From the NCBI GenBank assembly GCA_029953675.1, contig JAMWBK010000009.1:868001-932000 (forward strand): 64,000 bases of DNA. Reading direction: 5' to 3'. Position numbers and translations under genes: made by a program. This document shows positions 61,745 through 64,000 of the stretch, one piece after another; position 1 is the stretch's first letter; each line of letters opens with the position of its first letter. The notes beneath the pieces were generated by a model, which was not told the origin of the DNA, did no database searches, and worked only from the letters and a program-made list of their open reading frames with translations. Source of the stretch: Rhodosorus marinus CCMP1338 (taxonomy: Eukaryota > Plantae > Rhodophyta).

Positions 61745-63732
61745 CGCGAGACAAAAAAAAACTTCAAAAAATGACTCCTCCACCAAAAACAAAAACAAAA
61801 AATAAACTTCTCTCACTTAATCCTAAAAAAGCCTTAAGAAAATGGAACTCGAGACTCACAAAACACTGGCAGAAACAAATGCTCTACTCAAACCTCAACG
61901 TCAACTAGCTGCCCCGCGCCCCTCCCAAACCCGCTCCTTTCCCCCCCCCCCGCGCCCCACCGCAATTGGAAGTATCCTCTTCACGTGATCTCCGAAACTC
62001 TTACTGTTTGTTCATCCTAGACAATCCAAAAAACATATTAAGTGTCATAATTATATATTGAATTATTTTATAAAATAGATACCCGCGGGAAACTTTTTCC
62101 TTTTTCATTGCATAAAGTTGATAAATTATTGTGGATTCATTATTATTATATTGTGCAATAGTAATAATATAATGTATATAAATTTTTTTAACAATAATTC
62201 AATAGTACTTTGCCCGTTAACTTGTAGTCTAGGGGGTAGATTTGGGGGTTGGGAATATTAAAATATCGAACTATTATAATTTTTATAAGGTAAAATGGTG
62301 TAATGAGTGGTTTAAGAACACCAGAACTTAAGGTGACGCTTTAGACTGTGTTGTGATTGATTTCGTTTGGCCGATGACGAGGGGTGAGAAATTTCTATTT
62401 ATTTATTAGATTTTAGTGGTGGAGATGTAATCTTGCTGGGGGTCTTGCAGAAGGCTTTTGATTGTTGCTACGAATGGATTGGAATGGGGAGGGTGGGCAG
62501 CCGCTTCGGTGAAAGTTCCTTTTCGTCACTGGTTTGTGAGAGGATCAGCAGGCGGAGTGGTTTCTCAAGACAGATCTTGATTCAGAGGCGTACTAGAGTT
62601 GGAAAGGGACCCACTCCCGATGCGAATATTTAGCCTTTAACGCAAATGCACTAGGAACCACATACATTCATCTTTTGTCTCCAAGAACAGCCAATATCTG
62701 CTGTCATCTGTGACAAGCGGATGGGCATCGTCTTCAACGAAGAACTGCAGAGAGAATTTTTCGGGTTGGTGAAAACTTCTTCTCGTCAGCGATCCGGATG
62801 TCACAACTCAGGTTCGTTGTCTTGTTCACACGACGCTGGGGGCTGATGCAACGCTTTCCACCGGAAATCAGCGAAAAAAACACCGTGTTGGCTTGTTGAC
62901 AGACGTACTCCTACAGAAGAGTCCTCCGCCGTTTCTGTGCGGGCTGCATCTATGGACATCGTCTTCAAGCAAGAGACTGGAGAGAACGATGGGGTTCGAA
63001 AATACTTCCTCGTCTTGTACTCACGGGTGGCAGTCTTTGCATGTTCAATCCGATCGTCACTGTGGAAGTGTTACCTCCATCCCCACTCGCTCCCCGGACC
63101 ACGGCCGCCCCTGCCCTTCTGGAGCGTAAAAGATTGATTATGCAATCATTGTCTTCTATTTCGGCCACGGTTTCTGCCAAAAAAATTCAACCCACGAAAT
63201 ATTTTTATGAAAATCTGACCGAAAACGTCAACGAATATCCTTTTCAGTCATTTTCTGGTTGAAATCGGATTAAATATAATCTAAAATAATGGCAGAAATC
63301 AATATCCGTTGTCCATAAAACCTACCTCGAGAAAGCAGATCGGTTTCCACGCTCACTATTGAACTCAGGATTGAAGTATATGATCAGAGGCTAGAGCTTC
63401 CGATTGAAGGACCAAGACCAAGTTCAAGGTTATTTATTTGCGTGTCATTATACCGTGAGAAAGACCTTTTTCCAGCATCGCACCAGTAAAAACATCCCGA
63501 GCCGGGTTCGGTCGCACCGGAGGATCTAGTAGCGTCAGTTCTCTGCATTGGGATTGGGGCGGTGAAGGAGTTCTGGATAGGAACACGTCTCCGTTGGCTT
63601 GAAATTGGATAAGGGTATTCGTGTCTGTCTCATTGCATGAGTTGAAGAAACTATTGAGGAGCTGCTGTAGACTAAACACAAACGAACAAGGGAAAAAAAA
63701 TCAAAAGGCAGCAGGATTCAATGTGATGTCGG

Positions 63733-64000
63733 ATGGGTGATCGGGATACAGCCGAACCGCGGTCTCAGTACGAGATCGGTGAGCTTCTCGGGCGGGGGTA
63801 AGTGCGCTTCAATCCTATTGTTTTAGCTGTTCGGACGTGGTCTAGATTGTGCTCTGTGTTCTGATGGACAGACAATTTTGGTGTGCGTCATGTAGTTCAT
63901 CTGGACTAGTGTACAGGGCCGTCACCCCGGATGGGTTGGAAGTTGCTATCAAGAAGATTCCCTTGTGCAAGGACTCCATGGTTACGATCCAAAATGAGAT
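63733..64000 (+). CDS. 5' part of a Ser/Thr protein kinase (STE20-like start); intron 63798-63895; runs off window
   Basis: Spliced YEIGELLGRG|SSGLVYRAVTPDGLEVAIKKIPL..IQNE (subdomains I-III). Confidence 0.85.

Overview
Gene-dense eukaryotic nuclear DNA, most consistent with a unicellular red alga. This is an inference from the nuclear HCF136/Ycf48, DUF4079 and plastid-type TrmB genes, the MAFV/MVCFV-type transit peptides, and short 65-110 bp GT-AG introns. I could assemble about 25 genes, most of them spliced; several small ones (COA4, complete RPS29, TMCO1, Gemin2, a kinase 5' end) are not visible as single ORFs in the supplied track. Genes are separated by AT-rich promoter islands whose flanks carry a strong G/T skew on the sense strand. 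Accessory DNA comprises a truncated chromodomain-bearing Ty3/Gypsy element with its 3' LTR (about 11.85-12.92 kb), decayed F-box paralog fragments, and decayed frames near 21-22 kb and 29.4-31 kb. No CRISPR array, rRNA or tRNA was found. The most interesting items are: an apparent NRF1-like DNA-binding domain fused in frame to Borealin; a full Slingshot-type phosphatase; a chromodomain-less cpSRP43-like ankyrin protein; a soluble calnexin ending in EEEL; helically phased GTCCGATAA arrays; and a DHFR-type E2F dyad upstream of MCM10. All family assignments are by motif recognition from memory; no database search was run.
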